Source of the DNA: Heterodontus francisci
Lineage: Eukaryota
Assembly (NCBI RefSeq): GCF_036365525.1
Contig: NC_090413.1
Span: forward strand, 23,074,299 to 23,138,298
Length of the DNA stretch: 64,000 bases
Direction: 5' to 3'
The notes beneath the pieces are model-generated. The model was not told where the DNA came from. It searched no databases and saw only the letters and a list, made by a program, of their open reading frames with translations. Position 1 is the stretch's first letter. The number at the start of each line of letters is the position of its first letter. The translations under genes were made by a program, and so were the position numbers. Shown in pieces: positions 12,279 to 23,844 of the stretch.

Positions 12279-15200
12279 GTGCCGAACCTTTAACCTACCC
12301 TAAGATCAAACTAACCACCTACCCTTCATTCTACTATCATCCATGTACCTATCCAAGAGTCGCTTAAATGCCCCTAAATGTATCTGCTTCTACTACCACC
12401 GCTGGCAGTGCATTCCACGCACTCACCACTCTCTGTGTAAAGAACCTTCCTCCAATCACCTTAAAATTATGCCCCCTGGTGATAGCCCTTTCTGCCTTGG
12501 GAAAAAGTCTCTGGCTATCCACTCTATCTATGCCTCTCATCATCTTGTACCCCTCTATCAAGTCACCTCTCATCCTTCTTCACTCCAATGAGAAAAGCCC
12601 TAGCTCCCTCAATCTTTCTTTGTAGGACATGCCCTCCAGTCCAGGCAGCATCCTGGTAAATCTCCTCTGCACCCTTTCTAAAGCTTCTACATCCTTCCTA
12701 TAATGAGGCGACCAGAACTGAACACAATATTCCAAGTGTGGTCGAACCAGGGCCTTATAGAACTGCAGCATAACCTCGCGGCTCTTAAACTCAATCCCCC
12801 TGTTAATGAAAGCCAACACACCATACACCTTCTTAACAACCCCATCAACTTGGGTGGCAACTTTGAGCGATCGATGGACATGGACCCCAAGATCCCTCTG
12901 TTCCTCCACACTACCAAGAATCCTGTCTTTAAGCCTGTATTCTGCATTCAAATTCTACCTTCCAAAATGAATCACTTCACACTTTTCCAGGTTGAACTCC
13001 ATCTGCCACTTCTCAGCCCAGCTCTGCATCCTGTCAATGTCCCGTTGCAACCTACAACAGCCTTCCACACGATCCACAACTCCAGCAACCTTCGTGTCAT
13101 CGGCAAACTTGCTAACCCAGCCTTCCACTTCCTCATCCAAGTCATTTATAAAAATCACAAAGAGCAGAGGTCCCAGAACAGAACACCACTGGTCACTGAT
13201 CTCCATGCTGAATACTTTCCATTTACTACCACCCTCTGACTTCTATAGGCCAGCCAATTTTGTATCCAGACAGCCAACTTTCCCTGAATCCCATGCCTCC
13301 TTACTTTCTGAATGAGCCTACCATGGGGAACCTTATCAAACGCTTTGCTAAAATCCATATGCACCACATCCACTGCTCTTCCTTCATCAATGTGTTTTGT
13401 CACATCTTCAAAGAATTCAATAAGGCTTGTGAGGCATGACCTGCCCCTTACAAAGCCATGCTGACTGTCTCTAATCAAACCATGCTTTTCCAAATAATCA
13501 TAAATCCTGTCTCTCAGAATCCTCTCCAATAATTTGCCCACTACCGACGTAAGACTGACTGGTCTATAATTCCCAGAGTTATCCCTATTCCCTTTCTTGA
13601 ACAAGGGAACAACATTTGCCACCCTCCAATCATCCGGTACTACTCCAGTGGACAGTGAAGACGCAAAGATCATCGCCAAAGGCGCAGCAATCTCTTCCCT
13701 CGCTTCCCGTAATATCCTTGGGTATATCCCGTCTGGCCCCGGGGACTTATCTGTCCTCATATCATTCAAAATTTCCAGCACATCCTCCCTCTTGACCTCA
13801 ACCTGTTCGAGCATATCAGCCTGTTCCACGCTGTCCTCACAAACGACCAGGTCCCTCTCACTAGTGAATACTGAAGCAAAGTATTCATTTAGGACCTCCC
13901 CTACCTCCTCCGACTCCAGGCACAAGTTCCCTCCACTATCCCTGATCGGCCCTACCCTCACTCTGGCCATCCTCTTATTCCTCACATAAGTGTAGAACGC
14001 CTTGGGATTTTCCTTAATCCTACCCGCCAAGACTTTTTCATGTCTCCTTCTAGCTCTCCTAAGTCCATTCTTCAGTTCCTTCCTGGCTACCTTGTAAACC
14101 TCTAGAGCCCTGTCTGATCCTTGCTTCCTCAACCTTAAGTAAGCTTCCTTCTTCCTCTTGACTAGCTGTTCCATATCTCTTGTCATCCAAGGTTCCTTCA
14201 CCCTACCATCCCTTCCTTGCCTCATCGGGACAAACCTATCCAGCAGTCGCAGCAAGTGCTCCCTAAACAACCTCCACATTTCTGTCGTGCATTTCCGAGA
14301 ACATCTGTTCCCAATTTATGCTCCCCAGTTCCTGCCTAATAGCATTGTAATTCCCCCTCCCCCAATTAAATATTTTCCCATCCCGTCTGCTCCTGTCCCT
14401 CTCCATGACTATAGTAAAGGTCAGAGAGTTGTGATCACTATCACTGAAATGCTCTCCCACCGAGAGATCTGCCATCTGGCCTGGTTCGTTGCCAAGCACC
14501 AAATCCAACATAGTCTCCCCTCTAGTCGGCCTATCTACATATTGAGTCAGGAAACCTTCCTGGACACACCTGACAAAAACTGCTCCATCCAAACTATTTG
14601 CACTAAGGAGGTTCCAATCAATATTAGGGAAGTTGAAGTCACCCATGACGACAACCCTGTTACTTCTGCACCTTTCCAAAATCTGCCTCCCAATCTGTTC
14701 CTCCATGTCTCTGTTGCTATTGGGGGGTCTGTAGAAAACTCCCAAAGTGACTGCTCCTTTCCTGTTTCTGACTTCCACCCATAATGACTCAGTAGACAAA
14801 CCCTCCTCGACGACCTCCCTTTCTGCAGCTGTGATACTATCCCTGATTAGCAATGCTACTCCCCCACCTCTTTTACCTCCCTCCCTATTCCTTTTGAAAC
14901 ATCTAAACCCCGGTACATCCAACATCCATTCCTGCCCATGATATCCACGTCTCCGTAATGGCCACAACATCATAGCTCCAAGTACTGATCCATGCTCTAA
15001 GTTCATCACCCTTATTCCTGACACTTCTTGTGTTAAAATAGACACTTCAACCCATCATACTGGCTGCAACTTTGCCCTGTCAACTGTCTAACCTTCCTCA
15101 CAGACTCTCTGCACTCGGTATCTGCCTGTTCAACAGCTACCCCATCCACTGATCCGTAGCTCCGGTTCCCATCCCCCTGCCAAACTAGTTTAAACCCTCC

Positions 15201-15590
15201 CGAAGAGCTCTAGCAAACCTCCCGCCCAAGATATTGGTGCCCCTCCAGTTCAGATGCAACCCGTCCTTCTTGTACAGGTCCCACCTTCCCCAGAAGGTAT
15301 CCCAATGATCTATCATTGCAAAGCTATCACCCCCTCTGCATCCTAAATGATCCGAAGTTCATCCAGCTCCAGCTCCAGTTTCCTAACGTGGTCTGCGAGG
15401 AGCTGGAGTTGGGTGCACTTCTCACAGGTGAAGTCAGCAGAGACACCAGTGGTGACCCTCACCTCCCACATCCTGCAAGAGGAGCATGCAACTGCCCTAG
15501 CTTCCATACCCTCTGCACTAAATTGACAACAGAGATTTAAAAAAAAAGGAAAACCTTACCGTACCAAACCCTCCACACAAGAGGCCTTTT
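12279..15590 (-). mobile_element. Near full-length CR1 LINE, antisense in the INK4 intron: ORF1 remnant (15507-15185, internally deleted) + frameshifted ORF2 (APE endonuclease + RT)
   Basis: ORF1 N-terminus MEARAVACSSCRMW...FTCEKCTQLQLL...LELELDEL (CxxC/CxxC + leucine zipper) and C-terminus DHWDTFWGRWDLYKKDGLHLN...LN*. ORF2 motifs VAITETW, GVFYRPPN, MGDFNFP, SDHN, NYRPVSLTS, QHGF, DFSKAFDKV, KFADDTK. Confidence 0.95.
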
Positions 15591-15635
15591 TTACAATATT
15601 GTCTCTACTTGCTTATCTGTTTTAAAATGCATTCC

Positions 15636-15960
15636 TAGGATGTGAGTGTCGCTGGCAAGGCCAGAATTTATTACCCATTCCTAATTGCCTTCAAAATGGT
15701 GGTGGGCCTTCTCCTTGAACCACTGAAGTCCATAGGTGAAGGCGCTGTTAGGTAGGGAGCATCAGGATTCTGACCCAGTGATGATGAAGGAACAGTGATA
15801 TATGTCCAAGTTGGGATGGTGTATGATTTGGAGGTGATGGTGTTCACATGAATATGCTGCCCTTGCCTTTCTAGGTGGTGCAGTTTGCAGGCTTGGGAGA
15901 TATTGTCAAAGAAGCCTTGGTGGGTTGCTGCAGTGCCTCCTGTACATGGCACATGCTGTT
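15636..15960 (-). mobile_element. 3' fragment of a second CR1/L2-group LINE family
   Basis: Same sequence family as 35412-36140 (ggatgtgagtgtcgctggcaaggccagaatttattacccattcctaattgcc...). Confidence 0.75.
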
Positions 15961-16057
15961 GATGCTCGGATTGATTTCATTGGCAAATCTTGTAGACCAA
16001 GGCCAGCTCCTTGGTTAAACAAAGCCTCCTAAACCCCTTTTATGCTCCTCTTTGCAG

Positions 16058-16432
16058 GTGATGATGCTGGGCAGCACCTTGGTCGCAGAGGAACTGCTGA
16101 AGAACGGGGCAGAGCCCAATATTCAGAATAATTGGGGCTTCACCCTGGCACATGATGTGGCCCAGAGTGGTTTCTTGGATACCATGACAGTCCTGACAAA
16201 ATACAAGGCGGATGTGAATATCAAGAATGCTGCGGGCTGCCTGCCCATTCACCTGGCTGCCCAAGAGGGCTACTTGGACCTTGTCCAGTACCTGACTCCA
16301 AGGTCAGACATCTTGCACAAGAACTCCAGTGGGCAAACCCCACTGGACCTGGCAAGAGCATCCAACAGAACTGAAGTAGTGGCCTGGTTGGAGCAGCAGT
16401 TGCAGGCTATTGAGAGCCAAATCATAGTTTGA
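16058..16432 (+). CDS. CDKN2D: INK4-family CDK4/6 inhibitor (p19INK4d-like), coding exon 2; spliced product 170 aa
   Basis: Acceptor ctcctctttgcAG; VMMLGSTLVAEELLKNGAEPNIQ...HDVAQSGFLDT...ADVN...LPIHLAAQEG...GQTPLDLA ankyrin repeats; stop TGA at 16430-16432. Upstream of KRI1 on the same strand, as for human CDKN2D. Confidence 0.88.
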   Translation: MMMLGSTLVAEELLKNGAEPNIQNNWGFTLAHDVAQSGFLDTMTVLTKYKADVNIKNAAGCLPIHLAAQEGYLDLVQYLTPRSDILHKNSSGQTPLDLARASNRTEVVAWLEQQLQAIESQIIV

Positions 16433-17570
16433 TTCAGGGCCTGTTAAAAGATGCTGACATTGCTTATATGTTACCTCTCTCAATCCATGGTCTTAGCCAT
16501 GCTGTGAATCCTTCCTTTCCACCATATTGGACTCCTACTTTGCACTGCTAATTGTGGACTCATTGTATATGCTTTTTTTCAAAAAAAACTCACCCACTTA
16601 GTCTTGACCCATTGTGGCAACTCCTCCAAAAACATTTGGTGGTCAACTTACCAAAAGGTTAGCCAAAATAACTTAAAAATGTGCCACTGACTATTTGTGC
16701 TGCCTAATTACGCAGCTCCTTTTCAAAAGGTTGAACAAAGAAGTGGCGCAGAACCCTCCAACATCACTTGAGCCAAGGGTGTTTTGCACACATCACCTTA
16801 AGAGCCTTGAGCTCTGCACAGCATCTTATGCAAGTGAGCTCCAATGCACATCACACCAGCGCAGTTCCACGAACTTACAATCGCATTACACGAGAAAGTA
16901 CAACGGACTGCCCTTTTGACGGAAAAACGTGGTCTACGGACAGAACACTCAGGAGCCATCACAGCATTGGATGCGGAGATCTGCACTAATTGAGGGAATC
17001 TTGAGGTAGAATGGAGCCCGCTGTTCAGCTCACATGAGACACTAAGCAGGAACACCTCATGGAAAATAGTTCTAAAAGAAAGAAATCTCATGGATTAGGA
17101 AGTTAAAGCCAGAGTCACCTTGTTTTAAGTAATGTGTGTTTACAATGATTTAAAGTACTGTTAAAAAAAAAAAGCAAAGCAAAATGAGTTGTACTGTACA
17201 CATTATTAGGTTTAAAGTGGCTTTGTGTTTTCTCCCTCTACTCTTAGAAGGAAACAGACAGCAGCTAATGTAGCAGTGAATTTGAGTCATTGGTGCTTTA
17301 ATAATTCAGTATATACTTAAGGGAGTGCATGTTCAAGCTTATTTATATTTGAAAATTAATTACCCTTTGTCCTGAAGGTATTTCTTTAAATGTCTTTTTC
17401 CAAAATGGGAGCACACTTAACCTTTGAGTGAACAACAGTCCTGTGAATGTGAGGGGCCTTTGGCAAGTTGGTTAAAGACTATCCTGTGCAAAGGGCTATT
17501 GAACAAGATTTTCTTTAACTTTGAATTAGTATCTAGTGCTAGTGTCAACTGGATGTGGGAGCTGAATACA

Positions 17571-17576
17571 AATAAA
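17571..17576 (+). terminator. Candidate polyadenylation signal of CDKN2D-like gene (alternatives near 19474 and 19733)
   Basis: First AATAAA noticed after an AU-rich, repeat-poor 3' UTR-like stretch. Confidence 0.4.
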
Positions 17577-17671
17577 TGGGTAAAATAGCTTGGCCAGTGA
17601 ATACCGAAGTGAAATTTTGGCATTTCAATTTCCTTGTCCTCCGATTGCTACAAAGGTGGAAACTGGCATTG

Positions 17672-18262
17672 CCCAACTCCACCCCCACCAGCTCTTCTGC
17701 TGCTGAAACCCTCATCCATATCTTTGTTACCTCAACACTTGATTATTCCAATGCACTCCTGGCTGGCCTCTTACATTCTACCTTCTGTGAACTTGAGATC
17801 ATCTAAAACTCTGCCATCCATCTGCTTACTTGCACCAAGTCCCGTTCATCAATCACCTTAGTGCTCGATTGGCTCCCAGTCAAACAACACCTCTATTTTA
17901 AAAACTATTTTCAAATCCCTCCATGACCTTGTCACTCTAATCTCCTCTAGCCCCAAAAATCCTCGTGACATCGACACTGCTCTAATCCAGGCTTAAGTAT
18001 CCCCGATTTTAGTTGATGCACCATTAGTTGGCAGCCTTCAGCTCTCTAGGCCCTAAGTTGTGAATTCCCTCCCTAAACCTCTCCACCCCTCTGCCTTTCT
18101 TCCTTTAAGATGCTGCTTAAAACCTACCTCTTTGACCAAGCTTTTGGTTATCTGCCCCAATATCTCCTTATGTGGCTGGGTGTCAAATTTTTCTTTATAA
18201 TGATCCTGTAAAGCACCATGGGGTGTTTTTGATATGTTACGGCACTGTATAAATTCAAGTGG
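17672..18262 (+). mobile_element. L2-type LINE 3' fragment
   Basis: AAETLIHIFVTSTLDYSNALLAGL is typical of the L2 ORF2 C-terminus; 3' tail ttaaaacctacctctttgaccaagcttttgg...gcactgtataaattcaagt. Confidence 0.85.
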
Positions 18263-18300
18263 GAATCACATTTCCCTCAGAACATATTAGTGATACTGTA

Positions 18301-18398
18301 GGCGAAACAAAGTGCTGGAAATACTCAGCAGGTCAGAAAGCATCTGTGGAGAGAGAAACAGAGTTAACGTTTTAGGATGATGATCGTTCATCAGAAGG
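18301..18398 (-). mobile_element. Penelope-like terminal fragment with decayed hammerhead motif
   Basis: Same family as 21510-21648; minus strand CTGATGA-acgatcatcatcct-AAAACGTT-aac (G of GAAA lost). Confidence 0.7.
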
Positions 18399-18644
18399 GT
18401 GATGCTGTCAACAACATAGGGTATCTGGAGATTATGAAGCTTTGTCTAAATGGTAGAAGTGTGCCAGTCTCTCAGTGGTGCTACTCAAATAAGGTGTTTG
18501 CAAGGTAAAGTTAATTTAACAGTTTTTTTTTTAAATGTTATCAATTCAGCTCCTACACAAAGGTGAACTTAGCAACTAGCTCCTTCTTGTGGACTAGGTG
18601 CATTGCCTTTAAATGGATCTTGGTTCTAATGGCACCAAGGCCCC

Positions 18645-18795
18645 AGAGCCATGCAGACTAGAAAGGCACCCTGGTTTCAATTCCAGGCTGTGCTGAATTA
18701 AGTGATCTCAGCAAAATTTAGCAGTAAAGCCACAAATGGCCTCGCTGTCCCTTGGTTGGGGAGTGGGGGAAATCAAACAGGTTCCTGCTCCTGTA
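18645..18795 (+). mobile_element. LF-SINE-like fragment
   Basis: ctgtgctgaattaagtgatctcagc...acaaatggcctc...tcccttggttggggag...ggttcctgctcctg resembles the recalled LF-SINE body. Confidence 0.55.
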
Positions 18796-19800
18796 ATAGT
18801 CACTAAAGAATGAGAGAAAAAAATTCCAAATGATAATTTAGGAAATGGATCCAAAAAAAATGTATTTTACTTACATTCTGTTTCACCAAAGATGTAATTT
18901 AAATGCTGCATTTTGCCTTTTCTAGCAAGATGTAGATAGAGAGAGCAGATTAATGGTGGACTTCTAGATCTTGGGTCACTCTAGCCCTAACTCTTTACAG
19001 TTTCTTGTTCATCTCTCTTCCTTTCCCCGCCATTCCTGTTCTGCCTCAACCCTTTCCAAGCTTACCTTGTTCATGGGAACCGCATCCTGCGCCCTCAATT
19101 TTCTTGCCACCCACTCGGCACTTAATCCAACCGTCTGTGTATTGCGCCTCCTTATTTCATCCCCTCATTAGTAGGGCAGCATTCAGTCACTCCAACCCTG
19201 TCCTTTGGGAATCCTGCTCTGTCCCTGCACCTCACTTTCCACCTTTTGAAAAATTTACTAAAAACCCATTTCTTTGAGCTAGCCATTAGTTACCCGTCCT
19301 AAACTCTTCCTTTCTGCCTCGCCGGTCATTTTCATTTATGCCCTTTTGGTGAAGTGCATGAGGATGTTTTTACATTAGAAGTGCAATGTAGATGCATGTT
19401 GTTGTTGTTGTGAAACAGTTTGTCGTTTTAAACTATTTGGGGTTTGCATAGAGTACAAAGATTTTTTTTTTTAAATAAAAAGGGGCTACTAAATTAAGAA
19501 TGGTCATTTGGGGCATGGCCCTGGCTGGCAATTGTGGAAATGCATTCCAGCTGGACTGAAGGCCTCAGGGAAATTTGTGAAGAATAGGGGACAAAACTCA
19601 GTTAGGGAGGGGACTGTTTGAAGACTTTATAGGTTGCTAGATTGTAATTTGGTTGATGTTGCACATAATTATTATATTTATGACATTGAATTTGTTGATT
19701 GATGGATATTATACTTTTTTTTAAAATCTGCAAATAAATTATATAACCTTTGTTGGAAAATTTAATATGGGCACCAGAGTGTGATATTTTCTTTCTTTAC

Positions 19801-20135
19801 ACAGGCTACACAGATAAGAAGGTCCCTGGTTTACTGCACAATCTATGCTGACAGATTGGAATTGGCGGGATGGGTGCTACAATTGGTTTCACTGCCCTGG
19901 GTGTGTGTTGGTGGAGGTGGGCAGTGGTGGGGAATAAAATGAGAAAAAAAAGTCAGCCAGCATTCCTGCTCCTGATTATGGTTTAGTGACTTTTACTGCA
20001 TGCGTAACTCTCACCTTTGTGGACCTCCCTTGGGTGAGAACAGGATTGTTACCTGACTGCAATGCCTTCTTTGATTGGACAACCTGCCAACACACACAGT
20101 CTTGGCTCGCACATGAACAATGGCCATTTGCGGAG
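19801..20135 (+). mobile_element. LF-SINE-like element
   Basis: gggtgctacaattgg...gtcagccagcattcctgctcctgat...gggtgagaacaggat...cctgccaacacacacagtcttggctcgcacatgaacaatggccatttg, colinear with the recalled LF-SINE consensus. Confidence 0.6.
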
Positions 20136-20294
20136 GGTTGTTGAGGGAGGGGGTGGGGGTTGGTGTCGGTGTTGAGAGTGGGGCAATAATAGAACCGTAC
20201 CCAGCATGTGTTAGCACGTGTAGGAGAGAGTGAGAGAACATTGCAGATGGAAATGAAAGAATTCTCACAAATCTTTAACTATTATGCTCTACAA

Positions 20295-20780
20295 ATATTA
20301 TTGTTGGGGTTTGGAACACTCAACCTGAAAAGGTGCCGGAAGCTTATTCCATAAATTATTTTTAAAAGGAAACACAGAATTACAAAATTGTTACAGTGCA
20401 GAAGGAGGCCATTCGGCCCATCGTGTCCACATCGGCTGTAGCTGGACAGTTACTTGAGGATGAGGAAAATATAGGGTTATGGACAAAATATATAAGAAAA
20501 GGCGGTGGTTATTTATCCCCTCAAGCCAGCTCCAACTTTCAACGATACCATGGCTGATTTTCAACCAAACTCCACATATCTGACCTTGTCCCATATCCTT
20601 CAATACATCTGATACTTCTGTTTAGCAAAAATCTATCAATCTCAGTTTTAAAACTAACTGATCCAGCACCTATGGCCATTTGTGGAAGAGAGTCCCAAAC
20701 TCCTTCTAAAACATTAATGTGGGATTAAGCAAAACAGACCAAATGGCCTCTTTCTGTGCTGTATGTTTCTATGATTCTGT
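20295..20780. mobile_element. Cluster of short CR1 3' fragments in both orientations
   Basis: ggaggccattcggcccatcgtgtcc, aaaatctatcaatctcagttttaaaa and gaccaaatggcctctttctgtgctgtatgtttctatgattct match the CR1 tails elsewhere in the window. Confidence 0.6.
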
Positions 20781-21509
20781 GAAATTAAAGGGAGCTTTAA
20801 ATTTCATTAGAAGAGACTTATATTCCTCCCAGTAAAAAGCTAACAGCAATACCACTGCACAATGAATAGCCACAGCGTGGTCTGATATGGTAAAAATGAC
20901 TTGCACAAACATACGAGCTCTTGCTCTTGGGACTCGAGTGGCCGAGCAGAAACAGGGCACAGGCTCCCACAAGGCAATCTTCAGGCAAGTCACCTTGGAC
21001 AACCCTACTGGCAAGTTGCTACAGAACTGCCAAACCAGAATCCTGACAGGTAATCGCTATAACAAGAGTAAGCATAGAACTCTTGTGTTCCCATAATTTT
21101 CACAATTATTCTGTCCTAGCATTGCCCTGTGGCATTACTTGAGTTTTAGCAGCAGATCACAATTATAATTAAGCTTCCACTCAGGGCTTGTAATTGGGAG
21201 GTGCACAGCGAGAGAGAGGAGAAGCGCTCATTCTTGGTATCAACAATCCTGCCCATTGCAAAAATTAAAATATGTTCTTGCAGTTAACTACAAAGCATGT
21301 CATTGCACCATTTATCTACATAGTAATAGTCACTGCACCACTTAGTTACTTTGCAACATTACTGCTGTGCAAAAAAAAAGACAATTTACTGTCAATCACT
21401 TTTAAGATATTTCAGCGCAGTAAGACGCTACACAAAAGTTTTATTTGTTCTTGCGGTTTTTTTTTTAAAAGAAGGAATGTTCCACAATAGTAAACCTGCC
21501 AATAATATA

Positions 21510-21648
21510 AAATAAAAGCAAAATACTGCAGATGCTCAAAATCTGAAATAAAAACAAAGTGCTGGAAATACACTGCACGTCTGGCAGCATCTGTGGAGAG
21601 AGAAACAGTTAACGTTTCAGGTCTGTGACCCTTCATCAGAACTGGCAA
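21510..21648 (-). mobile_element. Penelope-like element terminal (pseudo-LTR) fragment
   Basis: Multi-copy sequence aaagcaaaatactgcagatgct...gcagcatctgtggagagagaaacagttaacgtttcaggtc...ttcatcagaactgg; carries a hammerhead core. Confidence 0.75.
21606..21644 (-). ncRNA. Minimal type I hammerhead ribozyme motif (PLE-associated)
   Basis: Minus strand CAGTT-CTGATGA-AGGGTCacaGACCT-GAAACGTT-AACTG: helix I CAGTT/AACTG, helix II with one bulge, intact CUGAUGA/GAAA core, and palindromic ACGT replacing helix III. Confidence 0.65.
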
Positions 21649-21847
21649 ACCTGGTGAGATGTTAGCAGTAAAATTAATTGAGTCAGATCATGTGTATAAA
21701 TTAACCAATCCCATGCTCCCTGTGGGAGCCACACTAGACAGCACCCATCAGAGCTTCAGTGTTGTACTGTTCTAGCTTGTCTCTGACCTCTGCTCCCTTT
21801 GAACTTGTCTCTCCACAGAGCATGTGGTATCTATGAACTTACACTGA

Positions 21848-22132
21848 ATTACATGGAATATACAGCACAGAAACAGGACAATCGACCCAACGGTTCCATG
21901 CTGGTGTTTATGCTCCACATGAGCCTCCTCCTGCCCCTCTTCATCTAACCCTATTAACGTAACCTTCTAATCCTTTCTCCCTCACATGTTCATCTGGGTT
22001 CCCCTGAAATGCAGCTATGCTATTTGCCTCAGCTACTCCTTATGGTAGGTAGTGAGTTCCACATTCTCACCACTCTGAGTAAAGAAGTTTTCCCTGAATT
22101 CCCTATTGGATTTATTGGTGACCATCTTATTG
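21848..22132 (-). mobile_element. CR1 3' UTR fragment (subfamily also at 43125-43425 minus and 49810-50030 plus)
   Basis: catgctggtgtttatgctccacatgagcctcctcc...ttccacattctcaccactctgagtaaagaagttt shared among the three copies. Confidence 0.7.
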
Positions 22133-22410
22133 AGATATGGAGAAAAGTTTACTTTCGAAAGTGAGGTAACGTTGAACAGGTGACATTTTTAGATTAAAAA
22201 ATTAAATTACTCCAAACAAGAGCTACTGTTGGAACTATGAAGACCTTGTTTGAGTTTGTTTAAAACAATAAATAGACTGATATCTGTAATTTTTTTTTTA
22301 AACTTACATCTGCACACTTCCTGCTTGCAAAATCTTACTTCCAGTTGTCATCTTTTTGTGTCAGATTGTTTCCATTATAAATTGAATATTTATAATCAAA
22401 TCAGTCCAAC

Positions 22411-22725
22411 TTTCGGATGAGATGTTAAACAGAGGCCCCGTCTGCCCTCTCTGGTGGGCATAAAGATCCCATGACACTATTTTGAAGATGAGCAGGGGAG
22501 TTCTCCCTGGTGCCTTAGCCAATATTTATCCCTCAATTAACATCACTAAAACAGATTATCTGCTCGCTATTACATTGTTGTTTGTGGGAGCTTGCTGTGC
22601 GCAAATTGTCTGCCTCGTTTCCTACATTAGAACAGTGACTGCATTTCAAAAGTACTTCATTGGCTGTAAAGCACTTTGAAAGGTCTGGTGGTCATGAAAA
22701 GTATATAAATGCAAGTCTTTCTTTT
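22411..22725 (+). mobile_element. Deu-domain SINE (SacSINE1-like), 5'-truncated
   Basis: tttcggatgagatgttaaacagaggccccgtctgccctctctggtgggcataaagatcccatgacactattttgaag...tatataaatgcaagtctttcttt. Confidence 0.85.
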
Positions 22726-23844
22726 TCTATGTCAACTTGTCACGTGGTAATTCCACACTCCCACCAGCAGTGGCACTGCAGCACCTCAATGTTGCATTTC
22801 CTACCTTCTTAGCAGAGTTTCTGCGATGTTCCAATCAACTCCACTCCTGTGCTTCCAAAATGGCTATAAGTCTTGTTATTTAACTGTAAATATAATTACA
22901 CAAAATCAATGTATTATAGAAAAAGGAGAGAATGTGTGACTTTGAAATAGGGAGTTAATTACATTTATGAGCCCTGGTCCCATGAATCCCTACCCTCCAA
23001 CGCCAATTCAACTGAAGACAATATTTGGTCTTGACTCCCAGTGTACACCATGGGAGATCAACTGATATACCTTAGAAGGATTTTCCATTATCTTTGGCAC
23101 ATGGCTGTGTTTGCACCACCCATAATTTTCCTGAGGTTGAAACATCTAAGATGTTGTGGACCTAAGTGAGAGGAGACAGATCAACACACCCCATGGAGAT
23201 GAAAAAAACCTCTTTGCAACAGAATTTATCCTAAGTGAAAAGGGGGTGAGCGATGAGACAAGATTCCATTCTACAAATGAGATTACACGGGATTACACTC
23301 TACAGTTGAGAGTGCTAGTTACCACAGCAAGGTGTATGACATGTTATATTGTGTAGGTAAGTGGAGCATAGAACATTATTTCAAAGTCAGTCAAGAGGAC
23401 ATCTTTACATTCATAGAAACGCAACTTAAAAAGACTTTGGTAAAAAGTGACTAAGGGTGTGATAAACATTTCAAATAATTTATTGAGTTTGTGGTCAAAT
23501 TTAAAGGCAAGTTTTAAGCACAGTTGGATACGAGACTGGGAGAGTTGGATGATAGGGACAAGCTTGACGGGGTTTTCGTAAACCAGACTTCCTCTTGCGT
23601 TTCTTTCAACATTTTGATTAATGGAAAATCTTTTATATAAAGTGGACACGGATGTAATTTGCTCCAAAACAAATTTTGACTGTTAAAATTTGTTTCTGTC
23701 CACTGTATGTGATGGCCTGCTGCTTATGACCCTGCACAAAGTGTGTGTTTATGTTTAGACACTGGGCAAGAGCAAAATCAAGCTTGGATACAAATTCCTC
23801 TATGCGAGTATAGCCTGTTGACACTCACCATCTCCCATATGGAA

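Noticed and set aside
12364-15045. Endonuclease/reverse-transcriptase ORFs as a host gene or novel RT system
   Set aside because: Standard CR1 ORF2 motifs with frameshifts and multiple related fragments in the window; an ordinary retrotransposon.
15518-15559. GTAAGG...TTTAG mini-intron in the CR1 5' leader (minus strand)
   Set aside because: Only 42-47 nt, too short for a credible vertebrate spliceosomal intron.
16433-17570. miRNA seed matches in the INK4 3' UTR (GTACTGT twice near 17155 and 17191; TTGCACT near 16540)
   Set aside because: 7-mers are expected by chance and cannot be supported without cross-species conservation.
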